Assembly: GCF_937891065.1 (NCBI RefSeq)
Contig: NZ_CALAEQ010000049.1
Location: 2,569-66,568 of the forward strand
DNA from: an uncultured Lutibacter sp.
GTDB lineage: Bacteria; Bacteroidota; Bacteroidia; Flavobacteriales; Flavobacteriaceae
Direction of reading: 5' to 3'
Length of the DNA stretch: 64,000 nt
The notes beneath the pieces were generated by a model. It made no database searches, was not told the origin of the DNA, and was given only the letters and a program-made list of their open reading frames with translations. This document shows positions 47,591-57,272 of this stretch, in pieces; within the stretch, counting starts at the first letter, position 1; the number at the start of each line of letters is the position of its first letter. The translations under genes were made by a program, and so were the position numbers.

Positions 47591-47691
47591 GTTATTAAGA
47601 AAGGCAGAGGGAATAGACCTATTGAAGCCTTAGCAACCCTTTAAAGCTAAAGAAGGTGCTACGTTCTACCGCAATTTTGTGGGAAAATAAC
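47591..47691 (+). promoter_or_regulatory. SAM-I (S-box) riboswitch aptamer
   Basis: gttattaagaaaggcagagggaatagacctattgaagccttagcaaccc...gaaggtgctacgttctaccg...gggaaaataac. P1 is gttatt/aataac. The core is nearly identical to the copy at 35729. Confidence 0.85.
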
Positions 47692-47750
47692 ACCTGCTTT
47701 TAAAGTAATTCTACTTAATAACTTCCAAATGTTTATGCTAAATTTTAAAA

Positions 47751-48752
47751 ATGGAAGACATCAGAAATATATTAAAAAATAAAATCCTAGTGCTTGATGG
47801 CGCTATGGGAACTATGATTCAGCAGTATAAATTTACTGAAGAAGATTATAGAGGTGAAAAATTTAAAGATTTTCATATTTCTGTAAAAGGAAATAATGAT
47901 ATGCTTTCTATAACTCAGCCTGAAGCTATTAAAACTATTCACGGAAAATATTTAGAAGCAGGAGCTGATATTATTGAAACCAACACTTTCTCTAGTACAA
48001 CTATTGCAATGGCAGATTATGAAATGGAAGAGTTTGTATATGAGTTGAATTTTGAATCTGCTAAAATAGCAAAAGAAGTAGCACTAGAATTCACATTAAA
48101 AAATCCAGATCAACCTCGTTATGTTGCTGGTTCAATGGGACCAACAAATAGAACTGCAAGTATGTCTCCTGATGTGAATGATCCTGGTTTTAGAGCGGTT
48201 ACTTTTGATAATTTAAGAGTTGCATACAAGCAGCAAGCCGAAGCTTTAATTGATGGTGGAGTTGATGTTTTATTGGTTGAAACTGTTTTTGACACGTTAA
48301 ATGCAAAAGCAGCATTATTTGCTATTGAAGAAATTAAAGCTGAAAGAAATATTGATATTCCAATAATGTTAAGCGGTACAATTACTGATGCAAGCGGAAG
48401 AACTTTATCTGGTCAAACGGCAGAAGCATTTTTAATATCAGTTTCTCACATTCCATTGTTAACAGTTGGATTTAATTGTGCTTTGGGAGCAAGTCAGTTA
48501 ACACCTCATCTAGAAGTATTGGCACAAAAATCTGATTTAAGAATTTCGGCACATCCAAATGCAGGATTACCAAATGCTTTTGGTGAATATGATGAAACTC
48601 CAGAAATAATGGCCAATCAAATTAAAGAATATTTAGATAAAAGTTTAATAAATATTATTGGTGGCTGTTGCGGAACTACACCAGCACATATAAATGCAAT
48701 TGCTGATTTGGTTAAAGATTATAAGCCAAGGTTGGTTGAGTCAGAAATTTAA
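47751..48752 (+). CDS. metH: methionine synthase, homocysteine-binding (S-methyltransferase) module encoded as a separate gene
   Basis: 333 aa with LDGAMGT, IETNTF and a C-terminal GGCCGTTP zinc motif. Confidence 0.9.
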   Translation: MEDIRNILKNKILVLDGAMGTMIQQYKFTEEDYRGEKFKDFHISVKGNNDMLSITQPEAIKTIHGKYLEAGADIIETNTFSSTTIAMADYEMEEFVYELNFESAKIAKEVALEFTLKNPDQPRYVAGSMGPTNRTASMSPDVNDPGFRAVTFDNLRVAYKQQAEALIDGGVDVLLVETVFDTLNAKAALFAIEEIKAERNIDIPIMLSGTITDASGRTLSGQTAEAFLISVSHIPLLTVGFNCALGASQLTPHLEVLAQKSDLRISAHPNAGLPNAFGEYDETPEIMANQIKEYLDKSLINIIGGCCGTTPAHINAIADLVKDYKPRLVESEI

Positions 48753-48771
48753 TTTTTAAGAATTTCAAAAA

Positions 48772-48798
48772 TGTAACACTGAGCTTGTTGAAGTGTTT
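48772..48798 (+). repeat. copy of 25-nt intergenic repeat family
   Basis: tgtaacactgagcttgttgaagtgttt, in the spacer between the two metH genes. Confidence 0.6.
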
Positions 48799-48817
48799 AG
48801 AATCTCATTTGAATATA

Positions 48818-51496
48818 ATGAATAAAGAAAAAAAATATTTAAAACTTTCAGGTTTAGAACCATTAATAATTACTCCGGAAAGTAATTTTATCAATGTTGG
48901 TGAACGAACCAATGTAGCAGGTTCTCGTAAGTTTTTACGATTAATTAAAGAAGAAAAATTTGATGAAGCTTTAGCTATTGCTCGTCATCAGGTTGAAGGA
49001 GGTGCGCAAATTATCGATATAAATATGGATGATGGTTTGTTAGACGGAAAGGAATCAATGGTTCGTTTTATGAACTTAATTGCTGCCGAACCTGATATTG
49101 CACGTGTTCCAATTATGATTGATAGTTCTAAATGGGAAATTATTGAAGCAGGTTTGCAAGTTGCACAAGGTAAATGCGTTGTGAATTCTATTTCTTTAAA
49201 AGAAGGTGAAGCACAATTTATTGAGCACGCAAGAAAAATAAAAATGTATGGCGCTGCAGTTATAGTGATGGCTTTTGATGAGGTTGGGCAAGCTGATAAT
49301 TATGAACGTAGATTAGAAATAGCAAAACGTTCGTATGACGTTTTAGTGAATAAAGTAAAATTTCCTTCAGAAGATATTATTTTCGATTTAAATATTTTTC
49401 CAGTAGCAACAGGAATGGATGAGCACAGAAGAAATGCCATCGATTTTATTGAAGCAACACGTTGGGTAAGAACAAACTTACCAAATGTAAGTGTAAGTGG
49501 TGGTGTTAGTAATGTTTCGTTTTCTTTTAGAGGAAATAATACAGTGCGTGAAGCAATGCATTCTGTTTTTTTATACCACGCTATAAAAGCAGGGATGAAT
49601 ATTGGAATTGTAAATCCATCAATGTTAGAAGTTTATGATGAAATTCCAAAAGATTTATTAGTACATGTTGAAGATGTAATTTTAGATAGAAGAGAAGATT
49701 CAACCGAACGATTATTGACTTTTGCTGAAACTGTTATAAGTTCAGTAAAGGAACATAAAGTCGATTTGGCTTGGCGAGAAAAATCAGTACAAGACAGAAT
49801 TACCCATGCGTTAGTTAAAGGTTTAGATGAATTTATTTTGGAAGATATAGAAGAAGCTAGAATAAATGCTTCGCAACCAATTGAAGTTATTGAAATTAAT
49901 TTAATGACTGGAATGAATGTGGTTGGGGATTTATTTGGTTCAGGAAAAATGTTTTTGCCTCAAGTGGTAAAATCGGCACGTGTAATGAAAAAAGCAGTTG
50001 CTCATTTGTTACCATTTATTGAAGCTGAAAAAAATGGTGTAAGTCAGGCGAATGGTAAAATACTTTTAGCAACCGTAAAAGGAGATGTACACGATATTGG
50101 TAAAAATATTGTGAGCGTAGTTCTAGCTTGTAATAATTACGATATTATTGATTTAGGAGTGATGGTTTCTCCACAAAGAATTATTGAGACTGCCAAAGCT
50201 GAAAATGTTGATGTCATTGGATTAAGTGGTTTAATTACACCGTCATTAGATGAAATGGTGTATTTAGCAAAAGAAATGGAGCGTTTAAATTTTGAAGTTC
50301 CTTTAATAATTGGAGGTGCAACAACTTCAAAAGCGCATACTGCGGTAAAAATTGATCCACAATATAAAAATGCAGTGGTTTATGTACTTGACGCTTCAAG
50401 AGCTGTTACAGTAGTTAGTAATTTATTAAATAAAGGAACAAATCAGCAATATATAGGAGCTATAAAAGAAGATTATGTGAAGGTTAGGGAAGGATTTTTA
50501 AATCGTTCTAAACGAAAAGAATTCCTATCATTGGCAGAAGCAAGAAACAATAAATTTAAAATTGATTGGGATGCTACAAAAATCTCAACACCAAATTATA
50601 TTGGAACACAAGTTTTTGAAGATTTTGATTTAACAAAATTAGTAGATTATATAGATTGGAGCCCGTTTTTTAGAACTTGGGAATTGGCTGGGAAATACCC
50701 AGCAATTTTAACAGATGAAGTTGTAGGTTCAGCAGCAACAAATTTATTTAATGATGCTAAATTATTATTAGCCAGAATACTTGATGAGAAATTATTAACT
50801 GCAAAAGCTGTTTTCGGAATTTTCCCTGCAAACTCTGTGAATGATGATATTGAAGTGTACGCAGATTCAACTAGAAAAGATGTAAATGTTAAGTTTGTAA
50901 CTTTACGTCAGCAATTAAAAAAGAAAGAAGGAATTCCTTCAATTGCATTAGCCGATTTTATTGCTCCAAAAGAAACAGGGATTAATGATTATTTAGGTTC
51001 GTTTTGTGTATCTACAGGATTTGGAACAGCTGAATTGGCTGCGGAATTTGAAAAAGACCACGATGATTATAATTCTATTATGATTAAAGCATTGGCAGAT
51101 AGATTGGCGGAAGCTTTTGCTGAATATTTGCATGAAAAAGTCAGAAAAGAATATTGGGGATATGATTCTGAAGAAGGTCTTTCAAATCAAGAGTTAATAA
51201 AAGAAAGCTATAAAGGAATTAGACCCGCACCGGGTTATCCAGCTTGCCCAGATCATACAGAAAAACGGACAATTTGGGAGTTACTAAGTGTGAAAGAAAC
51301 TATTGGAGTGGAATTAACTGATAGCTTAGCTATGTGGCCTGCAGCATCTGTTTCAGGTTATTATTTTGGAAATGAAAAGGCTAAATATTTTGGTTTAGGA
51401 AAAATTACAGAGGAACAAGTTAAAGATTTTGCAGAGCGAAAAAACATGAGTTTAGAGGAAGCAAAAAAATGGTTAAATCCTAACTTAGCAGAATAA
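48818..51496 (+). CDS. metH: methionine synthase: pterin-binding, B12-cap/B12-binding and AdoMet-activation modules
   Basis: INVGERTNV pterin domain, the [11 protein letters not shown] cobalamin motif and a C-terminal activation domain ([12 protein letters not shown]). The start is taken at ATG 48818. Confidence 0.9.
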   Translation: MNKEKKYLKLSGLEPLIITPESNFINVGERTNVAGSRKFLRLIKEEKFDEALAIARHQVEGGAQIIDINMDDGLLDGKESMVRFMNLIAAEPDIARVPIMIDSSKWEIIEAGLQVAQGKCVVNSISLKEGEAQFIEHARKIKMYGAAVIVMAFDEVGQADNYERRLEIAKRSYDVLVNKVKFPSEDIIFDLNIFPVATGMDEHRRNAIDFIEATRWVRTNLPNVSVSGGVSNVSFSFRGNNTVREAMHSVFLYHAIKAGMNIGIVNPSMLEVYDEIPKDLLVHVEDVILDRREDSTERLLTFAETVISSVKEHKVDLAWREKSVQDRITHALVKGLDEFILEDIEEARINASQPIEVIEINLMTGMNVVGDLFGSGKMFLPQVVKSARVMKKAVAHLLPFIEAEKNGVSQANGKILLATVKGDVHDIGKNIVSVVLACNNYDIIDLGVMVSPQRIIETAKAENVDVIGLSGLITPSLDEMVYLAKEMERLNFEVPLIIGGATTSKAHTAVKIDPQYKNAVVYVLDASRAVTVVSNLLNKGTNQQYIGAIKEDYVKVREGFLNRSKRKEFLSLAEARNNKFKIDWDATKISTPNYIGTQVFEDFDLTKLVDYIDWSPFFRTWELAGKYPAILTDEVVGSAATNLFNDAKLLLARILDEKLLTAKAVFGIFPANSVNDDIEVYADSTRKDVNVKFVTLRQQLKKKEGIPSIALADFIAPKETGINDYLGSFCVSTGFGTAELAAEFEKDHDDYNSIMIKALADRLAEAFAEYLHEKVRKEYWGYDSEEGLSNQELIKESYKGIRPAPGYPACPDHTEKRTIWELLSVKETIGVELTDSLAMWPAASVSGYYFGNEKAKYFGLGKITEEQVKDFAERKNMSLEEAKKWLNPNLAE

Positions 51497-51700
51497 GAAT
51501 CAATAATTAGAAATTTTAACTGTGAATAAGCGTTAGCGATTGAAGTGATATCCTTTTTTGAAGTGAAATGGAGAAAAAGATTTAACGGAAAGCGCGACCT
51601 GAAAGGGAACGCCCAATAACTAAAAATGTAAAGTAAGAGTTCATTGTTTTAACAATAATTACAAGAATTAAGAGATGAACTTTTAAGCAATAAATAAAAA

Positions 51701-52657
51701 ATGAAAGTAACAGAACATATAAAACAGGCCAACGGAAAAACATTATTTTCATTTGAAATTATACCGCCACAAAAGGGGCAAAATATACAGGAATTGTATA
51801 ATAATATTGATCCTTTAATGGAGTTTAAACCTCCTTTTATTGATGTAACCACATCTAGAGAAGAATATGTTTATATTTCAAAAGAAAACGGACTTTTAGA
51901 ACAAAAAATGACACGAATGCGCCCGGGAACTGTTGGTATTTGTGCGTCTTTGAAATATAAATACAACGTAGATGCTATTCCTCACGTATTGTGTGGTGGT
52001 TTTACCAAAGAGGAAACAGAATATGTGTTGCTTGATTGTCATTATTTAGGCTTGGATAATTTGATGGCTTTGCGCGGTGATGCTATGAAACAAGAGCAGT
52101 TTTTTTCAGCGACTAAAGATGGTCATAAATTCGCATCAGAATTGGTTACTCAAATTAAAAATTTGAATAGCGGGAAATATCTGCACGAAATAATTGAAAC
52201 ACCTTATAATTCTGATTTCTGTATTGGAGTTGCTGGTTATCCTGAAAAACATTTAGAAGCTCCAAGTATGGATGCTGATTTGCGAAGATTAAAAGAAAAG
52301 GTAGATGCAGGTGCTGATTATGTGGTTACTCAAATGTTTTTTGATAATAATAAATATTTTGATTTTGTGACAAAAGCTAGAGCTATTGGGATTACAGTTC
52401 CAATTATTCCAGGAATAAAACCTATTGCAATAAAGAGACATCTTCAAGTGCTTCCACAGATTTTTAAATTAGATTTACCAGAAACGCTAATTTTGGAAGT
52501 TGAAAGTTGTAAAGATAATGAACAAGTAAGACAAGTTGGTGTAGAATGGGCTATTGAACAATCTAAAGAATTAATAGCGCAAGGAGCTCCTGTAGTTCAT
52601 TTTTATTCTATGGGAAAATCAGAAAATATTAAATCTATAGCTTCAGCAGTTTTTTAA
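51701..52657 (+). CDS. metF: 5,10-methylenetetrahydrofolate reductase
   Basis: 318 aa with FSFEIIPP, LRGD and DYVVTQMFFD motifs. Confidence 0.9.
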   Translation: MKVTEHIKQANGKTLFSFEIIPPQKGQNIQELYNNIDPLMEFKPPFIDVTTSREEYVYISKENGLLEQKMTRMRPGTVGICASLKYKYNVDAIPHVLCGGFTKEETEYVLLDCHYLGLDNLMALRGDAMKQEQFFSATKDGHKFASELVTQIKNLNSGKYLHEIIETPYNSDFCIGVAGYPEKHLEAPSMDADLRRLKEKVDAGADYVVTQMFFDNNKYFDFVTKARAIGITVPIIPGIKPIAIKRHLQVLPQIFKLDLPETLILEVESCKDNEQVRQVGVEWAIEQSKELIAQGAPVVHFYSMGKSENIKSIASAVF

Positions 52658-52774
52658 AATTACTTTTCTATTTGCTTAAAAATTAAATTAATATATTTGA
52701 ATAGAGTTAAATAATACGAAATTTAACTCTTACTTTAAATTAATAAATATTAATGCTTAATAAGCAAATTCAGT

Positions 52775-54127
52775 ATGAACTCAAGAAGAAATTTTATTAA
52801 GAAATCAGCAATAGTTGGAGCAGGAATTGCAGTTGTGCCAAATATGACTTTCGCTATGGAAAATAGTTCTGACAAATTAAGAGTCGGAATGATTGGCGTA
52901 GGTTTAAGAGGTACAAATCATTTGAATAATGTACTAAATAGAAACGATGTTTTAGTCACTGCAATATGTGATATTGATCCCAAAAGAATTTCAATTGCTT
53001 TAGATTTATTAGAAAAGTCAGGACAACATAAACCAGCAGTTTTCGGAAATAATGACTATGATTACAGGAATCTTTTAGCGCTTAAAAATGTTGATGCCGT
53101 AATAATTTCTACACCTTGGCTTTGGCATACACGTATGGCAAAAGATGCTATGTTAGCTGGGAAATACACTGGACTAGAAGTTTCTGCAGCTAATACTATG
53201 GAAGAATGTTGGGATTTAGTAAATACGCACGAACAAACCGGAACACATTTAATGATTTTAGAAAATGTGAATTACAGAAGAGATATTTTGGCCGTACTAA
53301 ATATGGTGAAACAAGATGTGTTTGGAGAGTTAGTTCATTTTAGATGTGGTTACCAACACGATCTTCGTTTTGTAAAATTGAATGATGGAAAAACGGCTTA
53401 CGGAAAAGGAGTTGAATTTGGAGAAAAAGGAATCTCAGAATCTGTTTGGAGAACACAACATTCATTGTTAAGAAATGCAGATGTATATCCAACTCACGGT
53501 GTAGGTCCAATTGCCACTATGTGTGATATAAATAGAGGAAACCGTTTTTTGTCCATCACTTCTAATGCAAGCAAGGGAATTGGATTGCATGATTATATCG
53601 TTAAAAATGGAGGAGCAGACCATCCGAATGCAAAGCTAAAATTTAAACAAGGCGATGTAATTACTTCTACTATTGAAACAGCCAATGGAGAAACTATAAT
53701 TGTAACACATGATTGTAATTTACCAAGGCCTTATTCTTTAGGGTTTAGAGTTCAGGGATCAAATGGTTTATGGGAAGTAGACGGAAATAGAATATATATA
53801 GAAGGGCAATCTGATCCACATAGATGGGATGAAGCTGACGAGTGGTTAAAAAAGTATGACCACCCTCTTTGGAAAAAATATGGAGAATTGGCAACAGGTG
53901 CTGGTCATGGAGGAATGGATTATTTTGTTATCAATGCTTTTGTTGAATCTGCAAAACTAAATATTGCACCACCATTAGATGTTTATGATGCTGCTGCTTG
54001 GAGTGCGGTTACACCTCTTTCTGAATTATCGATTGAAAATAATGGAGAGCCACAAAATTTCCCTGATTTTACGAGAGGAAATTGGATTAAGCGAAAACCA
54101 TATAATTGGATGAAAGACACCTATTAA
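52775..54127 (+). CDS. Gfo/Idh/MocA-family oxidoreductase with Tat signal (GH109-like)
   Basis: Twin-arginine signal (NSRRNFIKKSA) and a Rossmann motif (VGMIGVGLRG). Length and C-terminal region resemble GH109 alpha-N-acetylgalactosaminidases. Confidence 0.65.
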   Translation: MNSRRNFIKKSAIVGAGIAVVPNMTFAMENSSDKLRVGMIGVGLRGTNHLNNVLNRNDVLVTAICDIDPKRISIALDLLEKSGQHKPAVFGNNDYDYRNLLALKNVDAVIISTPWLWHTRMAKDAMLAGKYTGLEVSAANTMEECWDLVNTHEQTGTHLMILENVNYRRDILAVLNMVKQDVFGELVHFRCGYQHDLRFVKLNDGKTAYGKGVEFGEKGISESVWRTQHSLLRNADVYPTHGVGPIATMCDINRGNRFLSITSNASKGIGLHDYIVKNGGADHPNAKLKFKQGDVITSTIETANGETIIVTHDCNLPRPYSLGFRVQGSNGLWEVDGNRIYIEGQSDPHRWDEADEWLKKYDHPLWKKYGELATGAGHGGMDYFVINAFVESAKLNIAPPLDVYDAAAWSAVTPLSELSIENNGEPQNFPDFTRGNWIKRKPYNWMKDTY

Positions 54128-54246
54128 TAAAATTACTTTTACCAATAGACTCATAAATAAAAGTAATGTACTTAAATAGATATGGCAAATTATTTGTTTA
54201 CTTTTGTAATATAAAATATAGAAATTAATAATTAAAAAAATAGAGT

Positions 54247-54564
54247 ATGGCATTAGAAGTAACAGACGCAACTTTTGACGAAGTAGTTTTAAAATCAGAC
54301 AAACCAGTTATGGTTGATTTTTGGGCAGCATGGTGTGGACCTTGTAGAATGGTTGCTCCAATAATGGATCAATTAACTACAGAGTTTGAAGGAAAAGCAG
54401 TAATAACTAAGGTTGACGTTGATGCAAATCAAGAATTTGCGGCAAAATACGGAGTAAGAAATATTCCAACAGTTTTAGTATTTAAAAATGGTGAGGTTGT
54501 TGAAAAGCAAGTAGGTGTAGCTCCAAAATCTGTTTATGAAGAAAAAATAAATGCACATTTATAA
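54247..54564 (+). CDS. trxA: thioredoxin
   Basis: 105 aa with the WCGPC active site. Confidence 0.95.
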   Translation: MALEVTDATFDEVVLKSDKPVMVDFWAAWCGPCRMVAPIMDQLTTEFEGKAVITKVDVDANQEFAAKYGVRNIPTVLVFKNGEVVEKQVGVAPKSVYEEKINAHL

Positions 54565-54587
54565 AATATATCTTTCAAGATAATTTT

Positions 54588-54624
54588 AAAGGCTTAACAT
54601 ATTGTTAAGCCTTTTCTTTTTTTT
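54588..54624 (+). terminator. intrinsic terminator after trxA
   Basis: aggcttaaca-tat-tgttaagcct stem-loop followed by a T-rich run. Confidence 0.75.
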
Positions 54625-54656
54625 AATAGTATATTTACGAGTGTTAAAAAGCAAAA

Positions 54657-55580
54657 ATGAGCCCGTTATTAGTTAAAAATATTTCTGAATTAAACAACCT
54701 GGAATTGTTAGCAAATCAGGTAGTTGAAGGATTTATTACGGGGATGCATAAAAGCCCTTTTCACGGTTTTTCAGTTGAATTTGCGGAACACAGATTGTAT
54801 AATAAAGGAGAGAGCACTAGACATATAGATTGGAAATTATATGCCAAAACTAAGAAGCTATTTGTAAAACGTTACGAAGAGGAAACCAATTTAAGATGCC
54901 ATTTAATTATTGATAATTCAGCATCTATGCACTATCCAATAGTTAAAAACCCTTCCATAGATAATTTAACAAAGATTGCTTTCTCAACAATAGCTTCAGC
55001 AGCATTAATGGAAATATTAAAGCGTCAGAGAGACGCTGTAGGCCTAAGTATTTACAGTGATAAGGATGATTATTATGCGCCAACAAAAGGAAGTGACAGG
55101 CATAGAAGGATGTTATTGGCTCAATTAACAGAGTTACTAAAGAATACTTCTAAGGCTTCTACTGAAACTTATACAATTCTACATGAAATTGCAGAAAAAA
55201 TTCATAGAAGGTCGTTAATTTTTTTGTTTACAGATATGTTTCAGGAATCCAAAAATGAAAATGAGCTATTTGAAGCCTTACGTCATTTAAAATATAATAA
55301 ACATGAGGTTGTTTTGTTTCATACATATGATGGAAAATTAGAATTAAACTTTGATTTTGATAATTCACCAAAGAAATTTGTTGATGTTGAAACCGGTGAA
55401 GAAATAAATTTATATGCTGAATCTGTAAAGAAACAATACAAAGTTGAGGTAGAAAATTATTTTAATGATTTGAAAATGAAATGTATGCAGTATAAGATTG
55501 ATTATGTTCCTGTAGATATTAATAAAGGGTTTCATCAAATATTAGTTTCGTATTTAATTAGTAGAAAAAGATTTTTGTAA
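54657..55580 (+). CDS. DUF58 domain-containing protein
   Basis: 307 aa with GFSVEFAEHRLY and IDWK motifs and a vWA-like body typical of DUF58. Confidence 0.7.
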   Translation: MSPLLVKNISELNNLELLANQVVEGFITGMHKSPFHGFSVEFAEHRLYNKGESTRHIDWKLYAKTKKLFVKRYEEETNLRCHLIIDNSASMHYPIVKNPSIDNLTKIAFSTIASAALMEILKRQRDAVGLSIYSDKDDYYAPTKGSDRHRRMLLAQLTELLKNTSKASTETYTILHEIAEKIHRRSLIFLFTDMFQESKNENELFEALRHLKYNKHEVVLFHTYDGKLELNFDFDNSPKKFVDVETGEEINLYAESVKKQYKVEVENYFNDLKMKCMQYKIDYVPVDINKGFHQILVSYLISRKRFL

Positions 55581-55619
55581 AAACATTAAAAAAAGCTTTG
55601 TATATATAAAAAACACTAT

Positions 55620-55627
55620 TATATTTG
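55620..55627 (+). promoter_or_regulatory. -7 promoter box (TATATTTG) for tRNA-Asp
   Basis: Exact TAnnTTTG, 17 nt before the tRNA 5' end. Confidence 0.45.
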
Positions 55628-55644
55628 CATCCGCTAAGAGCAAC

Positions 55645-55718
55645 GGTCTGGTAGTTCAGCTGGTTAGAATACCTGCCTGTCACGCAGGGGGTCGCGGGTT
55701 CGAGTCCCGTCCAGACCG
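55645..55718 (+). tRNA. tRNA-Asp (anticodon GTC)
   Basis: Cloverleaf folded by hand. Acceptor stem GGTCTGG/CCAGACC, anticodon stem CCTGC/GCAGG with loop CTGTCAC, and T-arm GCGGG-TTCGAGT-CCCGT. No CCA is encoded. Confidence 0.9.
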
Positions 55719-55750
55719 CTTTTCAAAAAGTAAATCAAAGAAATTTGATG

Positions 55751-55778
55751 AAAGCCCCTTTAAAATGGGGCTTTTTTT
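55751..55778 (+). terminator. intrinsic terminator after tRNA-Asp
   Basis: aaagcccc-tttaaaat-ggggcttt stem-loop followed by a T-run. Confidence 0.7.
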
Positions 55779-55952
55779 ATTTTATATTGTTTCCTATTTC
55801 TTTTCAATTCTTCACATTGCGAGTGTCTTATACGGAGGACTTTTAATGTCAATTTTAGTTCCACCTATTTAGGTTTTTATGCACTGGTTTTCAGTGTTTT
55901 TCACAGTAAAATTTAAATGTTTTGCTATAATTTTAACCTTAAATATTTTAGT

Positions 55953-57170
55953 ATGAAAAGAGCAACATTTAGTATTTTATTTTTTATCAAAAAAAGCAAG
56001 TTATTAAAAGATCAAACCGCACCAATTTATATGCGTGTTACGGTAAATGGAAAACGATCTGAAGTTTCTATTAAAAGAAGTATACCTCCAAGACTTTGGG
56101 ATGCTTCTAGGAATAAAGCAAAAGGAAATTCTAAAGAAAATAAAAAATTGAACGATTACCTTTCAAGTATCAGAGGACAACTTTTTATGCATCAGCAGGA
56201 ACTTCAAGAAAGTAATAAATCAGTTTCTCCTAAATCGTTGACAAATGCATTTTTAGGAGTTGGAGAGGAAATGTGGACTCTAATTGAATTGTTCCAGGAT
56301 CACAATACTAAAATGAAACAATTAGTAGGCAGTGAATATGCTCCATTAACATTACAACGTTATAAGTCAGCATTAAAACATATTAAAACCTTTTGCCAGA
56401 CTGAGTATAAAAATCTAAATCTTCCTTTAGCAGAAGTTGATAATAAGTTCATCACGCGTTTTGAGTTTTATTTAAAAACCAAAGCCAAATGCCAACACAA
56501 TTCAGCAATGAAACATATTAAAGCTTTAAAGAAGATTATCAATCTAGCGATGGCCAATGATTATATTAGAAAAAATCCATTCAGAAGCTATAAGATAACT
56601 CAGAAAACGGTAGAGCGAGAGTGTCTTTCGCAAGGTGAATTAAATAAGTTGATGGAAAAAGAATTTTCTATTGAAAGAATTGCAATCGTAAGAGATTTAT
56701 TTCTATTTCAATGCTACACAGGTTTATCATATAAAGATTTAGAAAAACTTTCTGAAAACCATATCCAAATTGGAATAGATGGTCGTAAATGGATAGTCAT
56801 TAATAGAACAAAAACGGGTGTACAATGCAGGATTCCATTGTTGCCAATAGCTGCTCAAATTTTAGATAAATACAAAAATCATATTTCTGCACAAGTAAAA
56901 AACGTGTTGTTACCTGTACCAAGCAATCAAAAAATGAATGCCTATTTAAAAGAAGTAGCAGACCTGTGCGGAATTCATAAAAGTTTGCATAGCCACTTAG
57001 GAAGACACACCTTTGCTAGTACTGTAACACTTTCTCAAGGCGTGCCAATGGAAACAGTTTCCAAACTTTTAGGTCATAAAAAAATAGCAACCACTCAAAT
57101 TTACTCTAAAGTATCTGATGCTAAAACAAGTGTAGATATGGCTTTTCTAAGTGATAAAACTGCAATGTAG
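55953..57170 (+). CDS. site-specific tyrosine recombinase (phage integrase family, Bacteroidota type)
   Basis: N-terminal Arm/SAM-like region (ATFSILFFIKKSK...IYMRVTVNGKRSE) and a C-terminal catalytic region (HLGRHTFAS...LLGHKKIATTQIYSKV). The start is taken at ATG 55953. Confidence 0.85.
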   Translation: MKRATFSILFFIKKSKLLKDQTAPIYMRVTVNGKRSEVSIKRSIPPRLWDASRNKAKGNSKENKKLNDYLSSIRGQLFMHQQELQESNKSVSPKSLTNAFLGVGEEMWTLIELFQDHNTKMKQLVGSEYAPLTLQRYKSALKHIKTFCQTEYKNLNLPLAEVDNKFITRFEFYLKTKAKCQHNSAMKHIKALKKIINLAMANDYIRKNPFRSYKITQKTVERECLSQGELNKLMEKEFSIERIAIVRDLFLFQCYTGLSYKDLEKLSENHIQIGIDGRKWIVINRTKTGVQCRIPLLPIAAQILDKYKNHISAQVKNVLLPVPSNQKMNAYLKEVADLCGIHKSLHSHLGRHTFASTVTLSQGVPMETVSKLLGHKKIATTQIYSKVSDAKTSVDMAFLSDKTAM

Positions 57171-57183
57171 TTTTAAAAAATAG

Positions 57184-57191
57184 TACTTTTG
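57184..57191 (+). promoter_or_regulatory. -7 promoter box (TACTTTTG) ahead of the 478-aa orphan
   Basis: Exact TAnnTTTG, 14 nt after the integrase stop and 82 nt before GTG 57273. Confidence 0.35.
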
Positions 57192-57272
57192 GATTTAGAT
57201 ACGTTACTTCGCATTGTAGTGTGTCTTTTTTGTCTGACATTTTAATAATGCACTCCTAAGTAACTATCTATT

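Noticed and set aside
47700-47760. Short out-of-frame ORF (ATGTTTATGCTAAATTTTAAAAATGG...) overlapping the metH-N start, considered as a second Met-type leader peptide.
   Set aside because: It has only two Met codons, no Cys, no associated terminator, and lies downstream of an already sufficient SAM-I riboswitch. It is most likely fortuitous.
12415-48817. N-terminal extensions proposed by the ORF track from TTG/GTG or upstream ATG codons: pdhB 12415, DUF5686 13461, histidine kinase 24823, NfnA-like 29474, metB-like 39368, cysH 40946, cysN 42570, metH-C 48785. The same applies on the island to the integrase 55917, Xis-like 58737 and DUF5131 59038.
   Set aside because: The extensions run through promoter boxes or the 25-nt repeat elements and add non-homologous residues. 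An internal ATG with an A-rich context matches the expected family N-terminus in every case.
51497-51700. GC-richer ~100-nt patch upstream of metF (gcgttagcgattgaagtgatatcc...ggaaagcgcgacctgaaagggaacgccc). I considered it as an SAH, THF or other riboswitch.
   Set aside because: I could not match it to the conserved cores of the SAH, THF, cobalamin or SAM classes, and I could not draw a convincing fold. It resembles the GC-rich intergenic repeat debris common in Flavobacteriia, but only one copy is in the window. A cmscan against Rfam would settle it.
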